From contig OZ244650.1 of NCBI GenBank assembly GCA_965218785.1, forward strand, positions 704,001 to 768,000: 64,000 bases of DNA. Reading direction: 5' to 3'. The position numbers and the translations under genes were made by a program. The notes beneath the pieces are model-generated. The model saw nothing but the letters and a program-made list of their open reading frames with translations. It had not been told where the DNA came from and made no database searches. Below, piece by piece: positions 34,800 through 45,387 of this stretch; the first letter of the stretch is position 1; the number at the start of each line of letters is the position of its first letter. Origin of the DNA: Nitrosopumilus sp. (GTDB taxonomy: Archaea; Thermoproteota; Nitrososphaeria; Nitrososphaerales; Nitrosopumilaceae).

Positions 34800-35141
34800 C
34801 AATGTTCCTGGTTTTACGATCGTATGCCTGGTAATTCCAATTCTAAAATATCACTTACACGACAAGTTACAGATGATTTGACTTTACTGCCTAGAATGAT
34901 AGTTTCAGGAATTTTGATAAATTAATAATCAGAATTCAACAATGTGACAGACAAAGTAATTCGAGATCTTACATTTTGCATCCCTGATGGTTTTGTTTGA
35001 TTTTTTTTCCTTGAAATCCACCCCTTGTTAGATGTGGCAAATCCCAGTACCATGATTTTTTAAGGATTTAGATAACATTCTAATTCTAAATCATACTTCA
35101 AATCATCCAAGGTGTCTATTTGAGAGATCCAATATGCTTTT

Positions 35142-35828
35142 CTAATGAGTGGATTTCTTTGGTAACTCCTCCTGAACTTTTAGTATGGTATCTACCGTAA
35201 ACCTGACCTTGGTTTTTATCCTATCCTTGTGGGTCAGCATGATTGCCGCAGCATCCAGAAAACTTCGCCCGCCATTTGCTACACAATCAAGAAAGACCCT
35301 TTCAATGGGATTTTCAAATGAACCCATCTTTGGAAGCAGTACAACATTGCCTTTTTTTCCCTCCCTAAACCCATGACTCTTCAAAAACTTGGAGATCTTT
35401 TCCACATCATTAACATATACATACAAGTTAAGCGGAGTTTGAAACTTTGTTAATTCGTAGGCCCTGTGATCCAGTGTTATAATGGAATCCTTTGGAAGAT
35501 GTTTTTTCATAAAGTTGACATCAGTTGATTTGTAGTGTCTTCCAAACCTTCTGGCTTTTTTGAGTGCTGTTAATGAGGGGATTATAGTTTGTAAAACCAT
35601 GTATGGTTGGGAAATTACTTCTCTTTTTATTGTAAATTTTCCACGGTTATAATCTGCCAGACCAAGCTCTTCTAGACGACCCAGCCTTCTTTTGATGGTC
35701 CTAGCAGATACGCTGACTATCGTTTCCAAATTCTTCAGATTATAGATTGGATGGGGAGGCAGCTCCTGTGCGAATCCTATTGCATCCCTTGCCTTTTCAA
35801 GTATTGTTGTGGATTCCTGTGTATTCAT
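35142..35828 (-). CDS. Winged-HTH protein resembling type IV TA antitoxin AbiEi
   Basis: N-terminal HTH (VSARTIKRRLGRLEELGL); C-terminal TLDHRAYELT..TP..LYVYV...GNVVLL...ERVFLDC...GGRS. Confidence 0.6.
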   Translation of the reverse strand: MNTQESTTILEKARDAIGFAQELPPHPIYNLKNLETIVSVSARTIKRRLGRLEELGLADYNRGKFTIKREVISQPYMVLQTIIPSLTALKKARRFGRHYKSTDVNFMKKHLPKDSIITLDHRAYELTKFQTPLNLYVYVNDVEKISKFLKSHGFREGKKGNVVLLPKMGSFENPIERVFLDCVANGGRSFLDAAAIMLTHKDRIKTKVRFTVDTILKVQEELPKKSTH

Positions 35829-35991
35829 ATCGCAGTAATATGTGCAATATATTTATACTTTGGACAAATTTGTCTATTTCCATGTATAATTATATGGAAA
35901 AAAACATAGAGGTTAGTAATGCGATATCAGATTGGAGCTGCCAATCTTCATCATTTAATTTCAACAAGAAAGGTAGCCACAGAGGAATTGG

Positions 35992-36549
35992 ATGATGTTT
36001 ACTAGAAAACAAGGACTTGTAACAACTGCACTCATAATGGTGGCAGTTGGTGGAATGACTTTGGCAATGCTAGATAGTTATCCCCAAACAACCCATGTAG
36101 ACGGTCTACTTGATCCTTGGTCTATACAGGACGTTTCAGATAATTCTCAATATGTTGTAAAGGGAAGAGTAGGAGATCTCAATATCAGCATAGATAAAAA
36201 TTCTAGGGAATTTGGAGACAAACCAATCGTCTACACCGATGCTATAATTGAAATAGAGGAAGAACTAACTGGAAAATATTTGGAAGACAAGATAACTGTT
36301 AGAACAGTCGGTGGAAAAACCGATAAATATTGGACAAGCAGTTCAATATATCCGGAATTCAAACAAGGTGAAGATGTAATATTGTTTGTAGGATATGAAC
36401 CGGATTCGATAATGGGAGGCAATTATTTTGTTGCAGGATATAATCTGGGCAAATATGTGGTGCAAGATGGAAAAGCATATGGTGATGAATACAAAGATGG
36501 ATTATCTGAAAAACAGTTTCTTACAAAAATTCGACAGATAGTCAAATAA
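35992..36549 (+). CDS. Exported/membrane-anchored hypothetical protein
   Basis: N-terminal hydrophobic helix; SIQDV..SQYVVKGRV...ITVRTVGG...FKQGEDVILFV...GKYVV. Confidence 0.8.
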   Translation: MMFTRKQGLVTTALIMVAVGGMTLAMLDSYPQTTHVDGLLDPWSIQDVSDNSQYVVKGRVGDLNISIDKNSREFGDKPIVYTDAIIEIEEELTGKYLEDKITVRTVGGKTDKYWTSSSIYPEFKQGEDVILFVGYEPDSIMGGNYFVAGYNLGKYVVQDGKAYGDEYKDGLSEKQFLTKIRQIVK

Positions 36550-36864
36550 CTTTGTATTTTATTTTCAACTTGCCAGTATACGCAAATGTGTTTTCTCTTT
36601 ACTTTCTAGTCTCTGCAAAGTAACATCCGGTTGATGCAAAACATGATCTGATTACCAAATGCACCAGAACTCATGAATTTTTCAATCTGGAGAAGATCCG
36701 TATTTCAGACCTCGACAAATTTAGTGCCAAAGAGGAAGAACTGATAAAAGACAATGAGAAACCCCGGCCACTACTTCCCAGTAAACAGATTTGAAAATAG
36801 AAAACCTAAAACAGAAAGTTAATCTGTCTCATCTGAGATGTGTCACAGGATTAGAACAAACCCG

Positions 36865-37443
36865 TCAGAGATATTTCCATGCAATCATGTTAGATGTGGT
36901 ACCATCCGCATCCCCCAGCGTATTGGTCTGAAATCCAATACTTTGCATATCCTTGGGATAAATGTCCCACTGGTGTGTCTCGTGAGTGTTTCCATATACC
37001 GTGCCCTGTGCATAGTGTCCGTATGGCATTCCTAATACGATCAGATTGGTTGTAATCCCTTCTAGTCTATCGAGCACGGCTTTGGTCTCCTCTTTATGCA
37101 GATGCTCCGGACCGTGCCAGAAAAAACAGACATCGAATTTTCCAGGCAATAATCTTGCAGCGTCTCGCACGTCCCCCTCTACTATCTTTACGTGGGGGTT
37201 GGTAAATTTTTCCTTCAGGTATCTCACATTTTCTGAAAAAATCTCCAAAACCACGACACTGTCATAATTCTTTACAAAATCTGATAAAAAATGCTGTCTT
37301 CGATGACTTGCACCCACATACAGGACGCTTTTGTACCTGTCTGAAAACAGTTCTGGAAGGCAGCCTCTTAACTGCTTGTCACGTCCATCATCATAAGTGG
37401 GGCTATCTGGAAATTCTTTTAATCCCTTTTCCTGCTTTACCAT
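36865..37443 (-). CDS. Class I SAM-dependent methyltransferase-like protein
   Basis: SVLYVGA, VLEI, EGDVRD, FDVCFFWHGPEHL. Confidence 0.75.
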   Translation of the reverse strand: MVKQEKGLKEFPDSPTYDDGRDKQLRGCLPELFSDRYKSVLYVGASHRRQHFLSDFVKNYDSVVVLEIFSENVRYLKEKFTNPHVKIVEGDVRDAARLLPGKFDVCFFWHGPEHLHKEETKAVLDRLEGITTNLIVLGMPYGHYAQGTVYGNTHETHQWDIYPKDMQSIGFQTNTLGDADGTTSNMIAWKYL

Positions 37444-38107
37444 TATTTTGTAATTCTGATTTTTTTAATTTATGTGTTTTCTAATCCCTTATGATCCCAT
37501 ATTATTATTATTATATCACAAGGGATAATATTACATAACTAAAGACAACAGAGCCAAACAAATCATGGTGCCACCCGGATATTGCTTATAATTCCAGCAA
37601 GATAAATTCAGAGTGAGATCACAGGCAAATCTAGAAAAATATTACATTGTTTCCAATACTTAAAGTATCAAATTTTCTTTGCTCTGAAATTATGGATACT
37701 TTCAAGTCTTATGGGTAATTATTCCTATGAATTATTAAATTATTCTAAAATCCGAATAATTTTTTAATATAAAATATCGTTATTGTTATTATAGCCAGCT
37801 ATCTCGGTATAATTTATCAAAAACATTCGTTGATCCTTGTCACAAAAACGTCTGTAACTGGTTTTTGTTTGTTTGTTAAAGTATTACCAAGTAATGCTAT
37901 GATGGTATTTTGAAAGCCTTCTTCCTACATGCCGCCAGACTCAAAATATTTGATTTATTCCTCTAGTTCTATGTCCTTTTGAAGTTCTTTTGGTAATCCG
38001 ACCCACCATTCCTTTTGACTCACAGACATAACATCAATAACCTCGGGTTGTTAATAGATCTGTTGGTTAATTATTCACTGTAACTGTTAAAGAATATCTG
38101 ACAAAAT

Positions 38108-38590
38108 CTAGTCCTTTAGATATCTGATATCTGAGGTAGATTCGGTCTCCCTTATCTTCACAACTATGGTATCCCCCAGTTTATTGAATATTCTTTGACG
38201 TTTCTCATTTGTCAAAAACCAGCCCAAGACAACATCGATTGGAAGCAGTAATGCTTTTCCAAAACTGTTTATCATGATGCCCTTCAAATCGGCCTCTTCT
38301 CCGGAAATACTGACTGTTCTCAAATTGAGAATTTTTTTCCCAATTGTCTGACCTGTCTTGTATTCTAAAACCGTCCAATATACAAAAAATATGATGCTGG
38401 TTGGAACATACTGTATGATTTCAGCCCCAAAATCATCCTCTTTTTCAAACTCGTAATATGTAGTCCCAAACGATGCAATAGTTATTATTGTGAAAATAGC
38501 CGAAATTATGATAAAATCCACCAGCCAAGCAAGAAACCTGTCTGTCCATTTTGCTAAATGTATTCCTGATGATGTTTCAGAATCAACCAT
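38108..38590 (-). CDS. RDD family membrane protein
   Basis: RFLAWLVD...GQTIGKKILNLR...RQRIFNKLGDTIVV. Confidence 0.9.
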   Translation of the reverse strand: MVDSETSSGIHLAKWTDRFLAWLVDFIIISAIFTIITIASFGTTYYEFEKEDDFGAEIIQYVPTSIIFFVYWTVLEYKTGQTIGKKILNLRTVSISGEEADLKGIMINSFGKALLLPIDVVLGWFLTNEKRQRIFNKLGDTIVVKIRETESTSDIRYLKD

Positions 38591-38687
38591 GCAATAACTG
38601 CACATTTCAGATTAATAAAACATGTTGATCACTTGTCAACATCATTTACATAACAGATAATTTATTTGTGACTAGCAACACAGATGC

Positions 38688-38819
38688 ATGAAGGCAAAAT
38701 TTGCAACATCCTGTAACTCCTGCGGTGATAAGATACAGCCTGGCAAGGAGATCTCAAAAAATAAGGACGAAAAATGGGTTCACAAGCACTGTGTCGAAGA
38801 TTCTGAAGGATTACCTTAG
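38688..38819 (+). CDS. 43-aa zinc-finger protein (not in ORF track)
   Basis: Manual translation MKAKFATSCNSCGDKIQPGKEISKNKDEKWVHKHCVEDSEGLP (CxxC...HxxC). Confidence 0.75.
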   Translation: MKAKFATSCNSCGDKIQPGKEISKNKDEKWVHKHCVEDSEGLP

Positions 38820-38848
38820 AAATTAATAACAGTGCCATCCAAACAGAT

Positions 38849-39709
38849 TTGAAACTATTTTTGGTATCTATAAACCCCCTCGATGTGCTGCTTTGGACCT
38901 TTCGCAGAAATGAAAAAGACGTCGTGAATCTTTACACCGCGCTCTCCCCCCTGATGCAAATTGCCACAGGTGGCACCATGCTCAATTTTGGTTACTGGTC
39001 TTCAAAACACACGGATCCGATCTCTGCCCAAAATAACCTTTGCACGGTTTTTGGGGATTTGGCAGAATTATCCTCTAGCCGACATGCAGTTGATGTTGGA
39101 AGCGGGCTGTCATCCCCGTCAAAACTATGGAGGGATAATCATGACGATCTTGATCTGTATGATGTAAATATCAATTTCAAACAGCTGTCTTTTTCTGGAA
39201 GACAAAAAAACATCGGATTTCTAAACTCTACATCCACCAAACTCCCATTTGCCGATTCCTCAGTTGATCGTGTATTGGCATTGGAATCAGCACAACACTT
39301 CAAGCCTTTGGAGGATTTTATCTCCGAATCAAAAAGAATCCTGACTCCCGACGGATTACTTGCATTGGCAATTCCGATAACCATTGGCAATCCCTCGATT
39401 GGAAAGTTGGGACTCTTGAAATTTACCTGGTCTTCTGAACACTACAGCATGGATTATCTGCGGAATCTGATTTTATCTGCAGGGTTTTTGATATCTGATG
39501 AAAAATTAATTGGTCCGAACGTATATGATCCCCTTGCTGATTACTATATCCGAAACAGACCACAATTAAAAGAGTCAATCCTGAGGAATTATCCCAGTTA
39601 TGTTGAAAACCTCCTCTTCAAATCAATTCAAAAAATGAAAAAAGCATCACAAGAAAAAGTTATTGACTATGCGTTATTAAAATGCAGACTCGTAAAGAAC
39701 ACATCCTGA
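38849..39709 (+). CDS. Class I SAM-dependent methyltransferase
   Basis: LNFGYW, VDVGSG, LPFADSSVDRVLALESAQHF. Confidence 0.9.
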   Translation: MKLFLVSINPLDVLLWTFRRNEKDVVNLYTALSPLMQIATGGTMLNFGYWSSKHTDPISAQNNLCTVFGDLAELSSSRHAVDVGSGLSSPSKLWRDNHDDLDLYDVNINFKQLSFSGRQKNIGFLNSTSTKLPFADSSVDRVLALESAQHFKPLEDFISESKRILTPDGLLALAIPITIGNPSIGKLGLLKFTWSSEHYSMDYLRNLILSAGFLISDEKLIGPNVYDPLADYYIRNRPQLKESILRNYPSYVENLLFKSIQKMKKASQEKVIDYALLKCRLVKNTS

Positions 39710-40068
39710 TGTCGTGCGGTAAATCATAACTAAAGAAATATGGAATGCTGTCGCACCTGACAGATGATACCATTTACCATATACCTGGAATAACCCTGTT
39801 TCCTATCCTCTCCGAATCCGGCGCTAAAATCATGCCTTTTCAGAATCATCAATCGTATTACATCCCAAAAATACATCTGTTACCATCAAAACCAAATGAA
39901 CCTGCAGACATTGAAAATACGTATCTTATCACAAGTGTCGTTTCTGTAGTTATCTCTTGATATCCTCATTTTATGCCCAAATCTCTGGGTGCCTTGGGAA
40001 GGATTTAGCCTAAATCTGCGTATCATTGAATCCATATATTTAAAAAATCCAAAAACAACTACATTTTA

Positions 40069-42486
40069 TTGAAAAGCATTGCTGCCATCATTGCAATTTT
40101 ATTTTTACCTGTATGCGGTTTTGCCTTTGCTGATGATGATTACTATGTGTATGTTGATGAACTGCCTGATTATGCGGAATTTGCCGTAAACGTACTGTAT
40201 GAATCAACCCTGTATTGGGAAGAACAGATTCCCGGATTGCATTTTTATCTGGTAGACGATCCGACTGATGCGAATTTTCGTGTACAATGGGTAAAAGAAT
40301 TCGGAGTCGAGCATGTCGGATATGCGTTTGGAAACAAATTCATCGAAGTCGGTCTTGGAGATAGCAACTGCATAGATTCATGGACTCCCTTTTCGGCAAA
40401 CCACGTATCTAATATCGTAAAGCATGAGATTGGCCATATTCTGGGCTTTGATCACAGCACTGATAAAAATGATATAATGTATCCTGTCGCACTCTCCCAC
40501 GAATACGGCCTGGTCAAAAATGATTATCCCTTTGTTGAAAATTATGGATATTTTGTACCCTTTTGTACTTCAAAACCAGTAACATCCTTTGATTATGAGA
40601 TTTCAACTGATGATCCTGTTTATGGCTTTGATGTTTATTTTGTACCAAGTGCGGATTCCCTCCAAAAATTTGGAGATAATGAACCATTTGAGTATTATGC
40701 AGATGAATCTTGTTATGGGAAAAATTATCTAAGCTATGGGGGAACATGCGAATCAGTATCTGGAGATGGCGGAATAATGATTTTCACACATGACACCCTG
40801 TCTAATCCATTGACTACTATTACCCTCCAATATGAAGAGCACTCTTTGAATGAGCCTCTTCCTGACAGAAAAGTGGTATTCTCAAAGCCTTCAAAACCAA
40901 ATGCTCCTGATGATGCTTCCCCTGTCCCTGTCCCCGTCCCACCAGAGCCTGTTCCTGATGATCCTGCCCCTGCCCCTGTTCCACCAGAGTTACCTTCAGA
41001 TGATGACCCTCTTGTTCCCGTCCCCGTCCCACCAGAGTCAGTTCCAGCTGAAATAATATCGTCTACTGATGTTGGTTCGATAAAACTGGACTCGGGGACT
41101 TTTCAGATTGCATATTCAGATACAGTATACGTCAAAGTTTCTGGAACCATCTATGACAAACAGTCCGTAGACAAGGTAGCTATAACCTGGACATATCCGG
41201 ACGGGCTAACCAATGGAAATATTGTCTTTATTACTGATCAGGGCTATTTTGAATCACTGCTGATTTTAGATGGTAAATCCCCGATTGGAACCTATGAGGT
41301 GCTGGCCTCATCTCGACAAAAAATCGTTGGACTGTTAACATTTGATGTAGTTGAAAAAACATCTTCGCAGGATCCGATAATTTCAAAACCTGTTGAGACT
41401 ACTAGTGTTCCAAACCTTTTGGTTTCTGGAAAAGATCCATCTCACTACATCGATCGTTATAATAACGAATCAGGGTACAAAGACTGGTTTGATGCCAACT
41501 ATCCTGATTATTCAATTTATGAACTGGTAGGATTAAAAGATCCCACATCCTTTGTTGATGCCGACAAGGATCCCCCGTACTACATCAATCGCTACAACAA
41601 CGAACCAGAATACAAAGACTGGTTTGATGCCAACTATCCCGGCTACTCCATTTATGACGTGGTAGGACTAAAAGATCCCACATCCTTTGTTGATGCCGAC
41701 AAGGATCCCCGGTACTACATCAATCGCTACAACAACGAACCAGAATACAAAGACTGGTTTGATGCCAACTATCCCGATTATTCAATTTATGAACTGGTAG
41801 GACTAAAAGATCCCACATCCTTTGTTGATGCCGACAAGGATCCCCAATACTATATTGATCGCTACAACAACGAACCAGAATACAAAGACTGGTTTGATGC
41901 CAACTATCCCGATTATTCAATTTATGAACTGGTAGGACTAAAAGATCCCACATCCTTTGTTGATGCCGACAAGGATCCCCAATACTATATTGATCGCTAC
42001 AACAACGAACCAGAATACAAAGACTGGTTTGATACCAACTATCCAGGCTACTCCATTTATGACGTGGTAGGACTAAAAGATCCCACATCCTTTGTTGATG
42101 CCGACAAGGATCCCCAGTATTACATCAATCGCTACAACAACGAACCAGAATACAAAGACTGGTTTGATACCAACTATCCAGGCTACTCCATTTATGACGT
42201 GGTGGGAATTGATGCCCCGCAATCTATTACATGGATAAAACAAAATGCAAAGATGTGGTCAGATGGCGAGATCTCCGATGAGACTTTTGTTTCGGATATT
42301 TCATATTTGATCTCCAATGATGTCATTGTGATCTCAGAGCCAACAGCTAGTTCTTTTTCTTCAGAATCGTCTATTCCTAGCTGGCTAAAATACAATGTGA
42401 GTCTTTGGCATGATGAAAAGATCAATGATGCGACATTTCTTGAGCTAGTCAAATATCTAGTCGAACATGGGGTTATTGTGAGGTAA
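40069..42486 (+). CDS. Secreted matrixin-like (metzincin) zinc protease with repeat region
   Basis: Signal peptide, HEIGHILGFDH plus DIMYP Met-turn, Pro-rich linker, six 45-aa repeats, C-terminal WIKQNAKMW/IPSWLK modules. Confidence 0.9.
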   Translation: MKSIAAIIAILFLPVCGFAFADDDYYVYVDELPDYAEFAVNVLYESTLYWEEQIPGLHFYLVDDPTDANFRVQWVKEFGVEHVGYAFGNKFIEVGLGDSNCIDSWTPFSANHVSNIVKHEIGHILGFDHSTDKNDIMYPVALSHEYGLVKNDYPFVENYGYFVPFCTSKPVTSFDYEISTDDPVYGFDVYFVPSADSLQKFGDNEPFEYYADESCYGKNYLSYGGTCESVSGDGGIMIFTHDTLSNPLTTITLQYEEHSLNEPLPDRKVVFSKPSKPNAPDDASPVPVPVPPEPVPDDPAPAPVPPELPSDDDPLVPVPVPPESVPAEIISSTDVGSIKLDSGTFQIAYSDTVYVKVSGTIYDKQSVDKVAITWTYPDGLTNGNIVFITDQGYFESLLILDGKSPIGTYEVLASSRQKIVGLLTFDVVEKTSSQDPIISKPVETTSVPNLLVSGKDPSHYIDRYNNESGYKDWFDANYPDYSIYELVGLKDPTSFVDADKDPPYYINRYNNEPEYKDWFDANYPGYSIYDVVGLKDPTSFVDADKDPRYYINRYNNEPEYKDWFDANYPDYSIYELVGLKDPTSFVDADKDPQYYIDRYNNEPEYKDWFDANYPDYSIYELVGLKDPTSFVDADKDPQYYIDRYNNEPEYKDWFDTNYPGYSIYDVVGLKDPTSFVDADKDPQYYINRYNNEPEYKDWFDTNYPGYSIYDVVGIDAPQSITWIKQNAKMWSDGEISDETFVSDISYLISNDVIVISEPTASSFSSESSIPSWLKYNVSLWHDEKINDATFLELVKYLVEHGVIVR
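41425..42210 (+). repeat. 135-bp coding tandem repeat, 5 near-identical units plus 1 divergent
   Basis: aaagatcccacatcctttgttgatgccgacaaggatccc recurs every 135 bp (e.g. 41671, 41806, 41941). Confidence 0.97.
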
Positions 42487-42759
42487 ACCTGGTGATTGGA
42501 ATCAGATTTCCATGGAAATTACAGAATTAACAAATGGTAAAAAGGACTTGGAAATCAGTCTGAAAACCCGCCATGTGGCAGATGCGTGCCTTGAGCAGGC
42601 AGAATTCGGGCGTATCCTGCATGTCCCAACTATGACCAATACCTCCATCTGCTTTTCTGGCGGTGTTGCCAGATATCTGACTCCAATACTTGATCTTGAT
42701 AACCCGGAAGAATCAAAATTAACTAGGTTTTTATTTTTCATACCCTGACTTGAGTTATC

Positions 42760-43143
42760 GTGTCTGATTCAAATACCTCCTTGCAGTTATTTAGTGAAAA
42801 ATGCAGTCAATTACTTGGAGAATCTGAAATAAGATTTGCAGGAATTGTTGACAATGATGGCAAGCTTGTGGCGGGAGGTTTCAAAAAAGGACTCATTCCC
42901 TATGAAGGCGATGAGACTAAATTACAGTCCTTTTTTGATTTTGTCTCAAAGGCATCCATTCGAAAAGAATTTGATGAGAGCCTGGGACCGATAAACTATC
43001 TTGCTGCAAGAAGAGACAAGGCAGTCTTGGTCAGTTTCCCATTTCCAATCACGCATATCCTGCTGTTAATATCTGCAGAACCCACTGTCAATATTGAAAG
43101 TCTGGCCAAAAAAGTCGTCGAAATATTCACTGATGTGAATTAA
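42760..43143 (+). CDS. DUF6659 (roadblock-like) family protein
   Basis: IRFAGIVDNDGKLVAGG...RKEFDESLGPINY...RDK..LVSFP. Confidence 0.8.
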   Translation: MSDSNTSLQLFSEKCSQLLGESEIRFAGIVDNDGKLVAGGFKKGLIPYEGDETKLQSFFDFVSKASIRKEFDESLGPINYLAARRDKAVLVSFPFPITHILLLISAEPTVNIESLAKKVVEIFTDVN

Positions 43144-43538
43144 CCCCGATTAAAAAGCAACGCATTCTTTGATTGTTCCTAAAATCAATTTAGAATACAC
43201 TTTTAGTTTTCTTATTTTATTGGCATCAAGATCCGCCTATGCAGTTAGGATGAAGATCTGTCTATCTGCCGGCATGGATTAAAACTAACATTGAAAGTCG
43301 ATGAGATAACTTGAATTTACCATGAGGATTGAATTTATGTTCGATGATAAAATAATTCTATTTCAGATTGCTGCCAAAACCATCCAATAAAGAGATCCTC
43401 GATTATATTGCAAGTACACGACACTTGATTTCAGTAGATGATCTCTCCATTTATCATTCCTTATTTGGGGATAATCACAACATCTGACCTACATTTTGGC
43501 AAATAGTTTTAATCTGATGAATATTTACATTAATTGAA

Positions 43539-43994
43539 TTGAAGGCAACATTTGGTGCGGGATGTTTTTGGCATGTTGAGGATTTACTTGGTAAAACCAA
43601 GGGTGTTAAATCCACCCAGGCCGGATACACCGGCGGTCAACTCTCAAATCCTACATATGAACAGGTATGCACTGACAATACAGGACATGCCGAAGCTGTC
43701 GAAGTAGAGTATGACCCTGATGAAATATCCTATGAGCAGCTTCTTGACGTATTTTGGAATAACCACAATCCTACCACACTAAACAGACAGGGTCCTGATA
43801 TGGGAATCCAGTACCGCTCTGCAATTTTTTACCATGACGAAGAACAAAAGACAACTGCTGAAAAATCCAAACAGTCACTAGATGTGTCTGAAAAATATGA
43901 AGATCCGATTGTCACTGAGATTGTTCCTGCCACCACCTTTTACAAGGCAGAAGAATACCATCAAAAATATTTCAAAAAATGCGGTCATTCTTGA
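43539..43994 (+). CDS. msrA: Peptide methionine (S)-sulfoxide reductase
   Basis: [30 protein letters not shown]. Confidence 0.96.
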   Translation: MKATFGAGCFWHVEDLLGKTKGVKSTQAGYTGGQLSNPTYEQVCTDNTGHAEAVEVEYDPDEISYEQLLDVFWNNHNPTTLNRQGPDMGIQYRSAIFYHDEEQKTTAEKSKQSLDVSEKYEDPIVTEIVPATTFYKAEEYHQKYFKKCGHS

Positions 43995-43995
43995 A

Positions 43996-44427
43996 TTATT
44001 TTACAATAACTACCGGAATCTTTGCAGTATGTATCACATAATTTGAAACACTGCCAAAGAATATCTCCTTTGTAGAACTTCTTCCACGGGAACCCATCAC
44101 GATCATATCAAATTTGTTTTTACCATGGGCAAGTTTGACGATGTTGTATCCAACCTCCCCCCTCATTATTTTCTCCTTGAAGACGATTCCATTTTGGGCT
44201 GCCATCACCTTGGCATTACTCATTATTTTTTTTATCTCGATGTTTAATGATTTTCGAACCGAGCCTACCCCTCTAAACTCTGAATGTGGTGGCACATGAA
44301 TCAAATACACCCCGGTAATGATTGCCCCGCACTGTCTGGCCAGGGTAATTGCCATTTCCAAGCCTCTGATCGAGTTTTTAGATCCGTCAAGAGGTACTAG
44401 GATTTTTGAGATCTTCTTTTTTATCAC
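43996..44427 (-). CDS. Universal stress protein
   Basis: ILVPLDGS...DMIVMGSRG...GSVSNYVIH. Confidence 0.93.
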   Translation of the reverse strand: MIKKKISKILVPLDGSKNSIRGLEMAITLARQCGAIITGVYLIHVPPHSEFRGVGSVRKSLNIEIKKIMSNAKVMAAQNGIVFKEKIMRGEVGYNIVKLAHGKNKFDMIVMGSRGRSSTKEIFFGSVSNYVIHTAKIPVVIVK

Positions 44428-44537
44428 ACAATACCAGTATTTTAGATCCTAAAAAACGTACTTTATAACCCCTGATTTGGAAATATGGAAAAACTATAAA
44501 TGCGTTTGATCGCAGGATTTACTAAAACTTATCTGCC

Positions 44538-45350
44538 ATGGTAATTGAAGCTAAAATTGTGGAACAGAAATTCATTCAAATTGATGGAAACACAATTCGT
44601 TATTTGGAATCCGGCGATTCTAAAAAAACCCTGGTTCTTGTTCATGGTCTGGGTGCATCAGCTGAAAGATGGTTGCCAGTAATTCCACTCTTTGCAGACG
44701 AATTTCGTGTTATAGTCCCTGATCTTATTGGATTTGGTTACAGTGCCAAGCCTCTTGTTGACTATACCCCCGAATTCTTTTCAGAATTCCTGACAAAGTT
44801 TCTTAGTGCATCTAACATCGTGCGTCCTAACATTGTCGGCTCCTCGCTGGGAGGGCAAATATCCATCCAATACGCCTCTTCACATCCCCAAGATATTGAA
44901 AAACTTGTCCTAGTCTCCCCCTCTGGCATAATGAAAGAATCCACCCCCGCACTTGACGCATACATAATGGCTGCGTTATACCCCAACAAACAAAACGCGA
45001 CAAATGCATTTGAATTGATGGATGGCTCTGCTCATAAAGTCGATGAGGAGGTTGTTACCGGATTTATAAAACGAATGCGACTACCTAACGCAAAACTTGC
45101 CTTCATGTCTACCCTGCTGGGAATGAAAAACTCTGTTCTCATCACATCCAAACTTCAAACTCTTCGGACTCCAACCCTGATTATTTGGGGCTCAAATGAC
45201 CCTGTCATTCCAATTCATCACGCAGATAAATTCGTCTCTGCAATTCCGGATTGTCAGTTTTACAAGATGGAGCGATGCGGTCATACCCCACACGTTCAGG
45301 ATCCGCATACTTTTGTCTCCAAAGTTTCAGAGTTCCTAAATGCGCCTTGA
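44538..45350 (+). CDS. Alpha/beta-fold hydrolase (candidate PHA depolymerase or oligomer hydrolase)
   Basis: HGLG oxyanion loop, GSSLG nucleophile, WGSND, GHTPH catalytic triad. Confidence 0.88.
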   Translation: MVIEAKIVEQKFIQIDGNTIRYLESGDSKKTLVLVHGLGASAERWLPVIPLFADEFRVIVPDLIGFGYSAKPLVDYTPEFFSEFLTKFLSASNIVRPNIVGSSLGGQISIQYASSHPQDIEKLVLVSPSGIMKESTPALDAYIMAALYPNKQNATNAFELMDGSAHKVDEEVVTGFIKRMRLPNAKLAFMSTLLGMKNSVLITSKLQTLRTPTLIIWGSNDPVIPIHHADKFVSAIPDCQFYKMERCGHTPHVQDPHTFVSKVSEFLNAP

Positions 45351-45387
45351 TCTACATTTAAATACCCTTTAATCCCAATCATTACCA

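Noticed and set aside
36620-36795. Open stretch (KCTRTHEFFNLEKIRI...) faintly like a DNA methyltransferase fragment
   Set aside because: Too short, with no DPPY/FxGxG motifs.
41425-42210. CRISPR array or DGR template/variable repeats
   Set aside because: In-frame coding repeats within one ORF; differences are not adenine-specific and no reverse transcriptase is in the window.
42502-42748. Two opposing ORFs of about 78 aa
   Set aside because: Neither has recognisable motifs; cannot tell which, if any, is real.
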